From contig JAUCBJ010004499.1 of NCBI GenBank assembly GCA_032718475.1, positions 1-46,957 of the forward strand: DNA of 46,957 nucleotides, written 5' to 3'. The first letter of the stretch is position 1, and the number at the start of each line of letters is the position of its first letter. A model generated the notes under the pieces. That model was given only the letters and a program-made list of their open reading frames with translations, had not been told where the DNA came from and ran no database searches. The stretch is from Nemertoderma westbladi. Its lineage: Eukaryota > Animalia > Xenacoelomorpha. Both the position numbers and the translations under genes were made by a program. This document shows, in pieces, positions 34,548 to 46,957 of the stretch.

Positions 34548-35430
34548 CACCATAACCCTTAATACAACAACCATTTTTAGGGGGTCGGAGCCCCCCCCCC
34601 CCCCCCCTAATTTTTTTCAAATTTCAATAAAATGCTACAAAATTTGGTATGATGATAGATCGACACCTTTTCTTACTGGTGGCCTGGCCGGATTTTTCAA
34701 TTTCTCAGTTATTTCCATACAACAAGCCCTTAAAAAATATATATTTAGCAATGTTTAACCACCTCCGTAGACTTTATTTTACGTCTTTGAAATGTAATAT
34801 ATATTTCAATCGAAGCGCTTTCGTCTGTAGATTCCGAATCTGAAAACCGTTTTAAATTTAACCAAAAATTGATAAAAATATTATCAAAATTCTAATGTGT
34901 AAATTTAGAGATGTAAATCGCTATAATTCTGATATTTTGTTGTCTTTATTCTAGAATATTAATTATTATTTAGCTGAGCGCTTAAAACTCTCCATCTTGT
35001 TTTTTCATTACCCATAGTAATATTCTAGAATTGAGTAAAAAAAAACATTAGAATTATAGCGATTTACATCACAAAATTTACACCTTAGTATTTTGATAAT
35101 ATCTCCGGAAGTTCTTGGTTAAATTTACAACGGGTTTCAGATTCGGAATCTGCAGATGAAGGTGGATCTAATGATATCTCGATTTCATTACAAAGACGTA
35201 AAATAAAGTCTACGGAGGTGGTTAAACATTGCTAAATAGACATTTTTTAAGGGCTTGTTGTATGGAAATAACTGAGAAATTGAAAAATCCGGCCAGGTCA
35301 CCAGTAAGAAAAGGTGTCGATATATCATCATACCGAATTTCGTAGCATTTTATTGAAATTTGAAAAAAATTAGGGGGGGGGGGGTGGCTCCGACCCCCTA
35401 AAAATGGTTGTTGTATTAAGGGTTATGGTG
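34548..35430. mobile_element. Palindromic MITE with ~390-bp TIRs and TA TSD (Tc1/mariner-type)
   Basis: TA-CACCATAACCCTTAATACAACAACC ... GGTTGTTGTATTAAGGGTTATGGTG-TA; arms ~34548-34935 and ~35049-35430 are near-perfect reverse complements. Confidence 0.9.
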
Positions 35431-35601
35431 TATATCACACCGTGTGATATACAGTTAGCTATATTCAAAAATTATTTGAAACTTGTAGTACTAATTAATT
35501 GTGTTTTTTTTAATTATAAAAATGATATATGTACTAGCTAGATTTTGCTATTTTTAATATTTTGTGTAGGCCCTACAAAAGAAACAAACCCAAACATTCT
35601 A

Positions 35602-35785
35602 GGCCACGTTCACACTACCGAGTTGAAGTCAAAGTCAAAAGACAAATTGTAAAACACAATATAATTTTTTATAGAAAGCCCTTATCTGCTTATGTAATAT
35701 ATTACATATATAATGTATTTATTATTTATTATTTCTAGCTACATTTATTTTCATTTGGCTTTGACTCGGTAATGTGAACGCAGCC
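35602..35785. mobile_element. Small MITE with PIF/Harbinger-like GGC...GCC ends
   Basis: GGCCACGTTCACACTACCGAGT / ACTCGGTAATGTGAACGCAGCC imperfect TIRs; TSD not clean. Confidence 0.55.
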
Positions 35786-36046
35786 TTCCCGTAGGTGATG
35801 TATAATTAATCGTTCCCATGTGTTTAAAATATAATCAAGATATTTTCCAAAATATGTTCTGGAATAAGAAATATTTGCAACTGAGGGTTCATTTTTTCAA
35901 AATAATTAGCTTGCATATTCTAGAACGATTTCTATACAAAAAGATAAAAGTACTACTGTAGCTATAATAAAAATTTGGAGAGGAAAATACTAAATTGTGG
36001 AGTGGGGTTCGCTTTACCTTATTATGCAGGATGGCCCTCTTCGTGT

Positions 36047-36245
36047 TCAATAAGTTCGAACACATGTGATAAACAGAATATCACCTGTTCTAGGAGTGAT
36101 ATACGATATATCAACCTTCAGCAAATAAACTTTGTATAACAACCTCGGGCTTCGGCCTCGGTAGTTATACAAGTTTATTTGCTTCAGGTTGATATATCGT
36201 ACAGTATATCACTCCTAGAACAGGTGATATTCTCTGTATATCACC
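36047..36245. repeat. Palindromic hairpin repeat (possibly a Crypton-like non-autonomous family), copy A
   Basis: ~85-bp inverted arms around ctcgggcttcggcctcgg; same family as 37378-37567 and as the remnant split between ~16930-17036 and 35431-35456. The family call is inference. Confidence 0.7.
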
Positions 36246-36392
36246 CAGCTAAAGCCAAAATACCCAATGTAACTATATATTAACAATCTTAATACAAAAT
36301 TCTAGAACTTAAATAACTGTATATCAACCAGCTAAAGCCAAAATACCCCATGTAACTATATTAACACTCCTAATACAAAATTCTAGAACTTA
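36235..36392. repeat. ~80-bp tandem duplication
   Basis: ctgtatatca.ccagctaaagccaaaataccc.atgtaactata...taatacaaaattctagaactta occurs twice. Confidence 0.85.
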
Positions 36393-37377
36393 CACATTTA
36401 TTGTTGTGTTTTAGACATTATTTTTTGCACAGTCTTCCCAAAGTTGAAAGAATTTATATCCATTCCCAACTGATTTAAAATCACTTTTGTAGCTAATAGG
36501 AATATAACAGTTGCCAACCAGGAACTAATATTGAAGTTTCGCACTATAGGCCTACTGTAGTATTGCCTGTGTGACCGTTTATTGAAAATTTTGCATCATC
36601 TTTTTGGTTAGAGTTCCATATAGCACTACATTTATAAATCATATATCATTGATAAAATGGCAACATTGAGGAGTTTCAGAACAATATAAAAGTATTATAT
36701 ACTATTCTAGAACATAAATACAATAAAAAATTTAATGTTCTAGAACATAGAGCTAGTTTTATTTATTTTAACATAGCTAGTAAATTAAAATAAATATTTT
36801 TAAGTAAATTTCTTAATACTTTTAAATGAATATTGATTAGAGTTTAGTTTTTATGGGATTATTCTTTTTTTCTTTTTATGTTTTTTTTAAGTTTTGAGTT
36901 TTTTTGTTAAAATTTTTATTTTGAGTTTTATCACAAAAAATGCTCACACACTGGCTGTACTACAGTACAGTATTATTACTGCAGTGTCCAAATTCGTCAT
37001 AAGATGAGTTTCAGCAAACCCAATAATAGAGAGAGATTTGCAGATGCTTCTTGTAAAGGTCACACACGGCAACGACAGCAACGCACCACTTGCTAAACAT
37101 CAAAGACAGTCAAAACACGAAAAGAGCAACAATTCCCATCAATTATAATTACTAGTTATCTACAGTACTGTAGGTCTACAAGTAACAATTGCTTGTTCTG
37201 ACTTAATATTAAATGAAATTGAACCCTTCTCTCTACAATATTTTTTAATGTTCGGAAAAGCTGGGGAGGGAGGGGGGTTGGGGGGGGGGGGGATTGCAAG
37301 GGTATGTTTGTTTTAGTGGGGTCTACGTTTCCCCAAACGTGAAAAGATACAAAAGTAGCTCACAAAATTTATCAGCG

Positions 37378-37567
37378 CAATAAGCTCGAATATACATGAT
37401 AAACAGATTATCGCCTGTCCCAGAAGGTGATATACGGTTATACAACCTTCAGCAAATAAATCATGTATAACTACTTCGGCCTGCGGCCTCAGTAGTTATA
37501 CGATTTATTTGCTTCAGGTTTTTTAACCGTATATCACCTTCTGGGACAGGCGATAATCTCTGTATAA
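37378..37567. repeat. Palindromic hairpin repeat, copy B
   Basis: agattatcgcctgtcccagaaggtgatatacggtta...taaccgtatatcaccttctgggacaggcgataatct arms around cttcggcctgcggcctcag. Confidence 0.75.
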
Positions 37568-38059
37568 TGCTCATGAGTCACAGCGCCATCATGCTGGGCA
37601 ATACAATTAACATTATCAATTGACCGTTACTACACTAGATGAGATTACATGGTGTACTTCCGATAACCAGAAGCAATCCTTATCAGTCATCCATCATAGA
37701 CCAGCAGGAATAGACCATAATCTAACCGATTAAATAGTTTAACTAATTAATGGTAAACTGATTGACGCCGTACCAGTACCGGTAGGCTACTCAATCTCTG
37801 CTTCCCTCTGATTGTCTGACAGCCTGGCAGTCTGTCTGTGTATGACTTATTACCCCTACCGGTAGGCCTACCCTGCTACTTCTACTGAACATCCTGACAT
37901 CTACTTACTGCAGTACAGCATTTGCGTTACCGATCGGGACCGCAGTCAGACTGTAATTGACCTAGCTCACTGATTAATTAAAAAATATTAGCTCACTACC
38001 TGACTACACTACAGAACTTAATATCATACTGTCACAGGCCTATAATAAATTACAGAAAC

Positions 38060-38329
38060 ATGGCAGTTGAAACAGGGGAATGCAAGTGGTTCAACAGTGA
38101 GAAGGGCTTTGGATTTATCACACCGGACCAAGGCGGGGACGATCTGTTCGTTCACCAGTCTCAGATACACTCACAGGGTTATCGTTCCTTGGGAGAGGGC
38201 GAGAAAGTTGAGTTCGTTCGAATTCACGATGACCGTAACGGTAAAATGAAAGCGACCAATGTCACCGGTCCGAATGGTGGCTATGTCCAAGGAGATTCAG
38301 GTCGTGGTGGTGGCGGCGGTAGATGGTAG
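38060..38329 (+). CDS. Small intronless cold-shock domain protein with a Gly/Arg tail (89 aa)
   Basis: [13 protein letters not shown] (RNP1), DLFVHQS (RNP2), [13 protein letters not shown] and [10 protein letters not shown]; AGAAACATGG start context; no CCHC knuckles. Confidence 0.93.
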   Translation: MAVETGECKWFNSEKGFGFITPDQGGDDLFVHQSQIHSQGYRSLGEGEKVEFVRIHDDRNGKMKATNVTGPNGGYVQGDSGRGGGGGRW

Positions 38330-40329
38330 TTGATTGAGGGATATGATTATGTATTGTGGTGTGAAAAACAGTCTCTTATCATCATCTATCACACTTGTTA
38401 ACCTTTTTTCAGTATAACTGGCTCTGGCCTAACAACGGAATTTGTGTTGTATTCACTACCGGTACTGCTCAATACTGCAGTGACTGACGTGACTTACCAG
38501 CCTACCCTTACCCTCTACCTACGGTAGTATGGTACTGGTAATTAACAGAATGAAATCGTATTTTTTTTACATTACCGGTAATTAAAATGGTTATTTTAGC
38601 GGGTTGAGTATCTACATTTTGTAGATAGATATGTACCTTAAGGTCTGGGGGCTGGCCCTACATTACGGTACCGGTACCATTTAGCAATGATAATACAGTA
38701 ACTGGTTCGCAATATTTAGAAATATGTGCAGTAACTAAGAGCGCAGATTTTCCCATACCGGTACCACCTTTTGCATGTAAAAGTGCTGAAGTGCAATAAA
38801 TTAATGTCGCAAATATTGAAAAAAATGTTTTTATACACAGTTGTTCCTTTTCTATGTATCTTAAAGTTACTTAAATTCCGGAAAGATTTAGCTACCGATA
38901 TGTATTAAATGATTATTTTCGTTTTTTTTAAGTGATATATTCCTGTATTCTTTTGTACATAAATAATATAACATTATGAATATAATTATATACCGGTATT
39001 TCTAGTTATCGTCAATTTGTTATTGTTTGATTTGTTCGGTATTTTTATACTGTGCAAAATTTATTTCAGATTCCATAGTTTATACTAGTAATTTGTTCCG
39101 CAATGTGGTACGGAGTTGGTAAGAGTGAATGTTAATGTTATTTATCAAACTCGAAAGTAAAATGTGCAGTGCAGTCAGTTTATCTTGATCATTTGCCCAC
39201 TTTCTGAAATATGAAATATAAATATTAATTTGAGTTAGCTTTCAATGTTTTACTTATAAAAGTATTATATATACCCATCCCATACCGATATAATTTTCAT
39301 GACCTACTGTGGATCGGTTATTACCGCAGATACAGAGTTACACACATTCGAGAAATGTTATTATCACCAATATATACCCATAATAAATGTCCTTGGTGGG
39401 CAATTTTTTTGAGGTGGGGGCAATAAGTACTTTAAATTCAGGAAAATATAGGCCTACTTACTATTGTGTTGTTAGCACTGGTGTGAATGGAACAAGGTAA
39501 AATTGTGTTTAAAAAAATTTAAGTCATAGATTGTCAATCCGTTGACATGGAATGATAATATTGCGGCGTCTTTATACGCAACCCTAAGCCTGTGTTGTCA
39601 TCTGTACTAAAAGAGAATATCGTTACGGTTATTAGAATAAAGTTATTATAAGCTCAATTTCAACTGACGCAGAATTTAATGAGGTTTTCAAATCTTAAAA
39701 CGGCTCAGCGAGAGACTGAATTCCCACAAACACTAAAACTGGCGTCTGAAATGTTCATTGATATACACCATGTCCTGGAATATAGTGTCGTTATTCAAGT
39801 ACCTGCCCCCCCCCCCCCCCCCCAAATGTTTCTACAAATCTTAATGAGATTGCATGAAATTTGAAACAGAGATAGTTTCACCTCCCTCCTCCTTGCTGGG
39901 TGAGCCAGAATTTTTATTTTTGCTTTCAATCTTTAGCTACAAGCGTTTGAAAAAGGTGTCTCTGGTGATATTTCACCAGTTACACTGCAGTTATTCATGA
40001 ACCTTATCGTGATTTGTTGTTAGAAATAGAAAGCTAACCATGCAAGGATTCCAAAAATGTAAAAATATTTGAATTTGGTTGGGAAATAGCTGAGATATGA
40101 GCGTTCAAAAGTTTCATGGTTTTGCACCTGCGTTAGGCTGTTTTATTCTATTAAATAAAAACACTATATTCTAGAACATTTTGTTTATGTATGAATAGCT
40201 ACATAATAGTAATAGACAAAATGGATATAATACTTCGACAATTGCACACCAACCACTAATAAATGTGAACTCCAACTTAATTCATGAGAGTGACGCAATC
40301 AAGTTTCAATAAAAAGAAGTGGAACTGAT

Positions 40330-41010
40330 GCTCTGGAACTGTGTATCAGGATGGTATCTATCATCTATGCCAATTTCGTCAAACAATCCTGGACCGTTCA
40401 CTCATTAAATTTACGTACAACGTACTGTTATTACTCTGTGGAAATCAATGGCAGTACCGTCAATATTATTTGGAATTAAATTTATTGTTGGCTCATTAAA
40501 CTCAAGCCAGATAGAAACACTTGACATTCACTATAGGAAGCAACTTCGAAATCTGCTTTGTCTGGGCAACTATGTCAGTAATGATACTCTATGTCATTAC
40601 CTAACAGAGACACTTCCCCCTTTCCAGTGAAGCCTACAAGTCAATAGTTGGACTCATATTAAAAGTGACAGAATGCCCGAGTATTCCGCCCCATCAGCTC
40701 TCAGTATTATGTTACAACAACCACTCGATTACTCGAGACACGCTGGGATACGTAGTTTGTATCGCAATGCCACGCTATCCTTTCCCCTGCCAGATCTCAA
40801 ATCATTGACAATCTCTAATTATAGTAAGAATAGTCTAAACTCACGATTCCAGTCCCAACCACCATCATGGTGTACGAAGAAAAAAGGTGAATTCACATCT
40901 AGCTGCCTCCAGCAGACAAACATTCCGTTCGCTGTGCGACACGACCGCATTCTGGAATTCCATGGCATCGATAAATACCAACTTGCTACCAACCGTGCTG
41001 CATTATAAAC
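40330..41010 (+). pseudogene. Decayed non-LTR retrotransposon ORF2 C-terminal fragment
   Basis: LWKSMAVPSILFGI...SQIETLDIHYRKQLRNLL resembles the post-RT region of LINE ORF2; frameshifted. Confidence 0.45.
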
Positions 41011-41039
41011 TTTGAATACGTGTTTTAATTTATGATTTA

Positions 41040-41296
41040 GGCAGCAGCTTGGTCTAGTGGTGACATTACTGTGCTTCCGATTAGGGAGCCCGGGTTCGAT
41101 CCCTAGATAGGGCAGCACTTTTTGGGCGCAGTGCTTTAAATGCTGCAGCCTAGCCCAACCCCGGCTTTCATCCTTCAATGGTCGATAAATGGGAACCAAG
41201 GCAACTTGGAAAACAGAGTGGAAGGGTTTACTGTGGAAGATCACCCATGGTGGTGAACAGGCATTCCTTGGCTTAACTAGCCTAAAAGATTCTCCA
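41040..41296 (+). mobile_element. tRNA-derived SINE with a Deu/Nin-like central core
   Basis: A box TGGTCTAGTGG (41051-41061), B box GGTTCGATCC (41093-41102), then ctttcatccttcaatggtcgataaatggg resembling the Deu/Nin SINE core. Confidence 0.75.
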
Positions 41297-42132
41297 ATTC
41301 AATTTATGATTTTACAGTTTACAGACGCTTTTAATTATTTTAAACATAAGTTTTTAATGAATGTATAATTATATAAATAAATGCCGGTTTGACCGGATGA
41401 TTGCGCCTTCGTGCGCTCGAGTATAGTTGTAGTATGTTTAAAGAAGCATTGCATTGTTGCCCAGCTACGTTTGGGATAAACAAAATGTTCCAGAATATGA
41501 TGTATTATTAAAGAATAAATGGCCTGCATAGGAAGCTAATACATGCAACTTTTGAATGCCCATATCTCGGCTATTTATCAACCAAATTGAAATGTTTTTA
41601 CATTTCTAGAATCCTTGCACGGTCAGCTTTCTATTGGTACCAACAAATCGCGATAAGGTTCAAGAATAACTGCAGTAAAACTGGTGAAACATCACCGGAG
41701 ACACCTTTTTCAAACGCGTGTAGTTAAAGATTAAAAGCAAAAATAAAAATTCTGGCTTACCCAGCAAGGAGGAGGGAGGTGAAACTATCTCTGTTTCAAA
41801 TTTCATGCAATCTCATTAAGATTTGTAGAAAAATTTGGGGGGGGGGGTGGGGTCCAGGTACTTGAATAACGACACTGGGGGGGGGGGGGGGGGGGGGGGG
41901 GTGGTTATGGATCGAGAAGTTATCGGTTGTATCCATTAAAATTTTTATTGTGTATTTTAGATTTTGCTGTTGGAAAATATCCCTGCCGGAAAATGTCCTG
42001 GTTTGTCCGAATCCGAAACTGCCGTATCCATCTGCATAATATAATAATCAATTAATTAATAATTAACTGTATTTATTGTAATATGGTGTGTTTATGGAGT
42101 ATAATTATTAATCAAATGTCTCTAGGTATTTT

Positions 42133-45100
42133 TTAAGATAAGGTCTGAAGGAATATTTTTTTTAATTCATAGGAAAACGAATTTTTTGATTTAGCATTTT
42201 TTATAACGCTAGGGAGGGCTTTCCATATTTTAGGGCCAGTTAATTTTAAGGATTTCTGGGTGAGCTGTAGTCTTACACGTGGAACAAAAAAAATTTGTGC
42301 AGAAATTGATCTAGTGTTATGTCTGTGGATGGAACTAGTTTGTTCAAATAAATTTTTTAATGCTTTAGTTTTTTTCATTTTTTTAATATCATACATATAT
42401 TTAGCCACTTCAAGTTCGAGAGGTAAAATACTTAAGTTTTTATAAATTGGGTTAGCATGAGCTTGATAATGGCTGAAAGTTATTGCTCGAACAATTTTAT
42501 TAACTTTTATTTTCAATTTATCAGTATGTGTTTTGTGTGCGTTGCCCCAGAGTAGGATATATATTCCGTATAGGATATGTGGATGAACTAGTGCGAAGTA
42601 GAGGGTTCTTAAGATGTGCAGAGGTAGAATGTATCTTAATTTGAATAAAAATTCCAGTAAGTTTCGAGATTTTTGAGTGTATGTAATTACAGTGTGTTTT
42701 CCAGTCAATTTTATTATCAATATAAATACCTTAGAATTTTGATGCTGTTTTTTGTATAATTGAGATAGAGCGGAGTGTAACCGGGGGGAGCGTTGTTTGT
42801 CTGCAATAAATTATTAAAAATAATGTATTCTGTTTTTTTTTTAATTCAGGGAGAGTTTATTGTCTATGAGCAAGTTATCAAGTTTTACTAGTTCGTGATT
42901 GAAAGTTCCAATAAGGTTATTAATGTTTTTAGCGCAATGTACTGTAGTAGTGTTGTGTCATCGGCGAAAAGTGTGGAAAGGAGATCAGTACAGTTTGGAA
43001 GATCATTAATGTAAAGTAGAAACAATATTGGGCTCAGTATGGCCCCCTGTGGAGTTCCACAGGGTGACCCAGTACGTTCAGAAGTAATACCATTGATGTG
43101 AACTACTGTATGTGCGACCTGTTGTGTAAGAATTCTACCAAGGAGCTGTAAGGGGAGTCCGCGTATACCGTAACAGTCTAGTTTCTTAAGGAGAATGTCG
43201 TGGTTGAGTGTGTCGAAAGCCTTTGACCGACGACATTCATTCATATTAGGTGCGCCGTCGCCGCGACCCCAGGATAGTCTTCTTTAGGTCTATCGATATG
43301 AGACAGGCTGAGCCACCGCCATCCAATGTATGCTGTATTTGTTCAGTAACTGTTAAGATTGCGTCACTTGTGGTAATGTTTTTCCTGAAACCATGTTGGG
43401 ATGAAGTGAGTACAGTAATTCGAATTTGTTTAGGTTTGTTAATTTAGTGTTAATTACGCGTTCATATATTTTTGTGAAAATGGGTAATATTGATATAGGA
43501 CGATAATTATTTTTATCTGTGGGGTCCCCCGTTTTAAAGACTGGAGTAATTTTTGCTATTTTCAGTGTGTTAGGATAGAATCCCTTTGAGAATGATAAAT
43601 TAATTAAATATGTTAAGTGCGGGGCTAGAATATGAGCTGCTACTGTATTTTAATTAGTAATACTGTAAAATCATCATAGGTTGAACAGTTATTATCAATA
43701 TCTAATAAATAATTTCATTCTCACACGGTTCAACCAATGTAAATGAATTAGGGCGAGTGTTTTTAATGTGCCTGTTGGGATGTCTATTAGATTTTGGTAT
43801 TAGATCTGCTAGTTGAGGGCCGATTGAAGCAAAGTGATTGTTAAAGATGTTCGCTATTTGGTAAGTATCTGAAGTGGTGTCGTTGTTTATGTTATTTATT
43901 TTAATTTTAACAGGAGACGATAATTTTTTTGAGCGATGTAATACAGTATTAATTTTTTTTTTTGGTGCATGTTTGGTCAGTTGTTATCAGGAAATAAAAT
44001 TTTTATATGGATTAAAATAAAATAATAATTTTATCTAGTTTTGTGTCTCTCCAGTTCTCCAAATACAATATCTTCTCATCATCTCAAGAGTCTGACACCC
44101 TCACAGTATACTTCACTTCGATATGCTCTGCTTGGACACAGCGAATTAGCGAGATTGTTGAGGTATATTATGCGGTTCCTATACGTAGGCATCGTGTTGC
44201 AGTAGCTTTTCATCACCTTTCGATCGCCGCACCCCTTAAAATCATTCAGGAAAAAGAGGGGCATAGGTTGGAAGTAAGCCGCGGATCCTCTGCTGGCACG
44301 GTGGTATAGGAAAGAGGACTACGGTGACCTCGAAGGCAAAGCCCAGTTGTACGGAGTAAGCTGAAGGAAAGTCGACATCGCAACCAATGTGCAACCAATG
44401 TGCAACCGATGAATATGTGGAATCACGCTTCTCCGCCAGACGACCAGCAAGATGTGTTAAAAATCGGCCACACTCAGGTCCTGCAGCACCACTAGAGGTA
44501 AAAACGAGAGGAGTAAATGATGCAATACAGTATTAATTGTTTTCCAAGTTTTCTTAGAATTGTTTTTATTTTTCTCAAATTCTTTCTTATAATATGTTTT
44601 TCAGCTGTACCTAGGACTTTAGTGAGGTTATTACGGTACTTTTTATAATTGTCTAGTTTTTCATCTTGGGTGTGACATTAGAGATGTATATAGATTATTT
44701 TTATTTATTACACATTTTATCAAATTTTGAGTCATCCAAGGATTTTTTGGAATTAAATGTGGCGCTATTTCTTTTTTCGGTAGATGAGTTTTACATACGT
44801 TTCCCAGATTTTTCTAAAAAATATCAAATTTATCATTATTTTGTATATTTTCGTCTCTGTATGTCCAGGTTTCAGATTTAAAAATATCATTGAGAAAATG
44901 TTCTTTATTAAATTTACTATAGTCGAAAATTGTAGTTGTTTCAGTGGGCTTTAAGTAGCAATCAAAATCATTAATTATTATAAACGTTGCTAAATGGTCA
45001 GTAGTTCCTAGTTCAGTAAGAGTGACCCGACCCCAGCTGTAATAAATTTATCGGTAATATTAGTTGAAATGTGATCAATTGTGGATTTTGTATATGGAGT

Positions 45101-45890
45101 TATTCTAGTCGGTTGTTTGATAAGTTGGTTGAAACAATAGGTATTTAATGTATTGATATATTTATTTGATGAGCTTGATATATTTATTTGATGAGCTTGA
45201 TATATTTAGAGTATTAATGTTAAAATCTCCCGTAATTATGGTATCGTATTTCGCGTCAGTGGTATTATTTAGTAGAGTAGTTAGTTCATTCAAAAAATGT
45301 TCTTCAGGGCATTTCCCAGGTCTGTATATGTACTAGTAGTGGTTTGGGGTTGGCGGTAGCTCTGCCTGGGGTCAATAGTATCCAAGAAGACTCACACCCA
45401 TCTACCGTACATTGTATTTTCGTAGTGCTGTGATATTCATATTGCAGTCCCACCTCGAACTCGTTTACCGTAGTATCTATTATTTATTAGGGGGCCTACA
45501 TATCCTTCAATTTTAATTAATGATAGATCAGTTGCGTCAGTCAAAAATTTTCGGTAAAAGTTAATATATCAAACTGTTTGTTTAGTAGGTGGAGGTAGTT
45601 TCTCGTATCCTGTAAATTTTTACTTAGACTTCTACAATTACGGTGAAATACCGTAAGAGATTTTTTATTAGAGTTGGAGTGGTTGGAAAGCAAGTTGAAA
45701 GATTCGTGGGTGAAGTATTCAGAGCTATCTATAGTAGAAATTAGGTTAGTATCAGGGTCGCTAGATCACAGGTGGTTGTTTGAATCCGTGAAGTCAATTT
45801 GTTCAGTGACGTCTCCGCGAGGGAATATGTCGAGGCTTTTACAGGCAAGCTGGCAATTCAATAACAATTATGTCCAGACTTTAACCTAAG
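42133..45890 (-). pseudogene. Decayed CR1/L2-group LINE ORF2 (APE endonuclease plus RT), interrupted by insertions
   Basis: DPDTN near the start, IITGDFNIN, PTRITPYTKSTIDHI, NYRPISILP, SKAFDTLNHDILLKKL, GTPQGAILSPILFLLYINDL, LFADDT, LRTLYFALVHPHILYG and GPKIWKALP; inserts at ~43227-43320 and ~43985-44520. Confidence 0.9.
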
Positions 45891-46429
45891 ATCTGTTACA
45901 GTGGATTCGCGTATATAGTTCTTATGAGTGTTGTCAAGGCCTCGGGGTACCTGTCACATTAACAGGTACACTCACGCAAGTCGTGTATATATATGTATTA
46001 TTTAATACGTATATCTGGTCAGTATGTACAATTAATTACTTGAATGTGTGTGCCTCGGCACTAGAAACTGCTTCAAAGGTATACGTATAAAAGTATACGT
46101 GTAAACCATTCCGTTATGTTGCGTTGTCTGTGAACAAGCATACGTGTGACTTATTTATATTGCAAGTAGGACGCTATGTCGAACCTAAAGCAGGGTAAGT
46201 GAATGGTTTACTCGTACTGAACACATCATGATATCTAATGGATTATAGTTACAAGTTGGGGAATAATATTGCAGTATTGCGGATCAGGCCCTTGCCTTAT
46301 GGTGGTGATCATAATATCTGGGGGGGCAGAGGCCAAATCTGGGGGGGCAAACCTTTAACTGGGTTTGTGGGGAGATACAGCAAAGTGGGAGTTAATTTAG
46401 TACATAAAAATTCAATATTGTTGAAGAGC

Positions 46430-46830
46430 GTGTGGGGCAAGCCACGAAGTTGGTGGAGCCTTGGCGAACTGACACTGTTAAGGAGTATGTCAATAAAATG
46501 GCAAATAGTTGTTGACGTAACGATTTCATTAACGTAACATTCAAATAACTTTGTCCGATTTAAAGCTGTCGAATTGAAACTTTGTCCATTATTTAGCGAC
46601 TTTTGAAACCAACAGTTCAGCAGTCTCCCGCTAGATGGCTACATGTTTAAGCATTAAATGTCCTCCCATTTTCTGAGGTCTTAAATCGACTGCAGATTTC
46701 CAGACTGTGACCTAGACTGCCTCTAGGTGTAAAGTGATCAAGGGACATCTGCTTAGATTTTGCCAATATTTCTTTCGCGTTGGCACTTACATAAGTTTAT
46801 GTCACGTGCTGCGCGAAGGACCCACTTCAG
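46430..46830 (+). mobile_element. Diverged second copy of the 4785-5290 element
   Basis: gtggggcaagccacgaagttggtggagccttggcgaactgacactgtta ... aataactttgtc.gatttaaagctg ... gtgctgcgcgaaggacccacttc. Confidence 0.7.
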
Positions 46831-46957
46831 GTATAATATGAATATGGTTAAGGTTAAGTTACAACAAATTATAGATATGGATACCAGCGCAAGCAACCCT
46901 CAGCGCCTACAGTCCCAATCCCAATAAACATTAACTTGGTCATTTTGGCGGCCAAAA

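Larger units (their letters stand above)
39783..41877. mobile_element. Non-autonomous DNA transposon with ~390-bp TIRs carrying a LINE fragment and a SINE
   Basis: (t)AGTGTCGTTATTCAAGTACCTG... at the left and ...CAGGTACTTGAATAACGACACTG at the right; arms ~39783-40180 and ~41485-41877. Confidence 0.85.

Noticed and set aside
41040-41115. Possible tRNA gene
   Set aside because: A and B boxes are present, but there is no good acceptor stem and the sequence continues into a SINE core

Overview
AT-rich, repeat-dense eukaryotic DNA, most likely from a marine invertebrate (inferred from the repeat families). The centre is a young, full-length 17.5-kb BEL/Pao LTR retrotransposon on the minus strand (17042-34545). 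It has TG...CA LTRs of 2085 and 2090 bp, a TACAC TSD, and one gag-PR-RT-RH-IN frame (31330-23015) broken by a single in-frame TAG. Its most unusual part is non-coding. The 5' leader and the region just after pol are complementary over at least six collinear helices about 9 kb apart, with G-U wobbles that work only on the sense RNA. A CCAAACC-YGYG-GGUUUGG hairpin recurs five times along the RNA, the 3.9-kb 3' region has no long ORF but many hairpins, and there is no canonical tRNA PBS. The flanks hold decayed RTE and CR1/L2-group LINEs, a tRNA-derived SINE, nested MITEs and foldback elements, and many Tc1/mariner-type excision footprints. They also hold an intronless cold-shock-domain gene (38060-38329) and a candidate Cys-containing secreted prepropeptide (9989-9762). 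All comparisons were made by eye.
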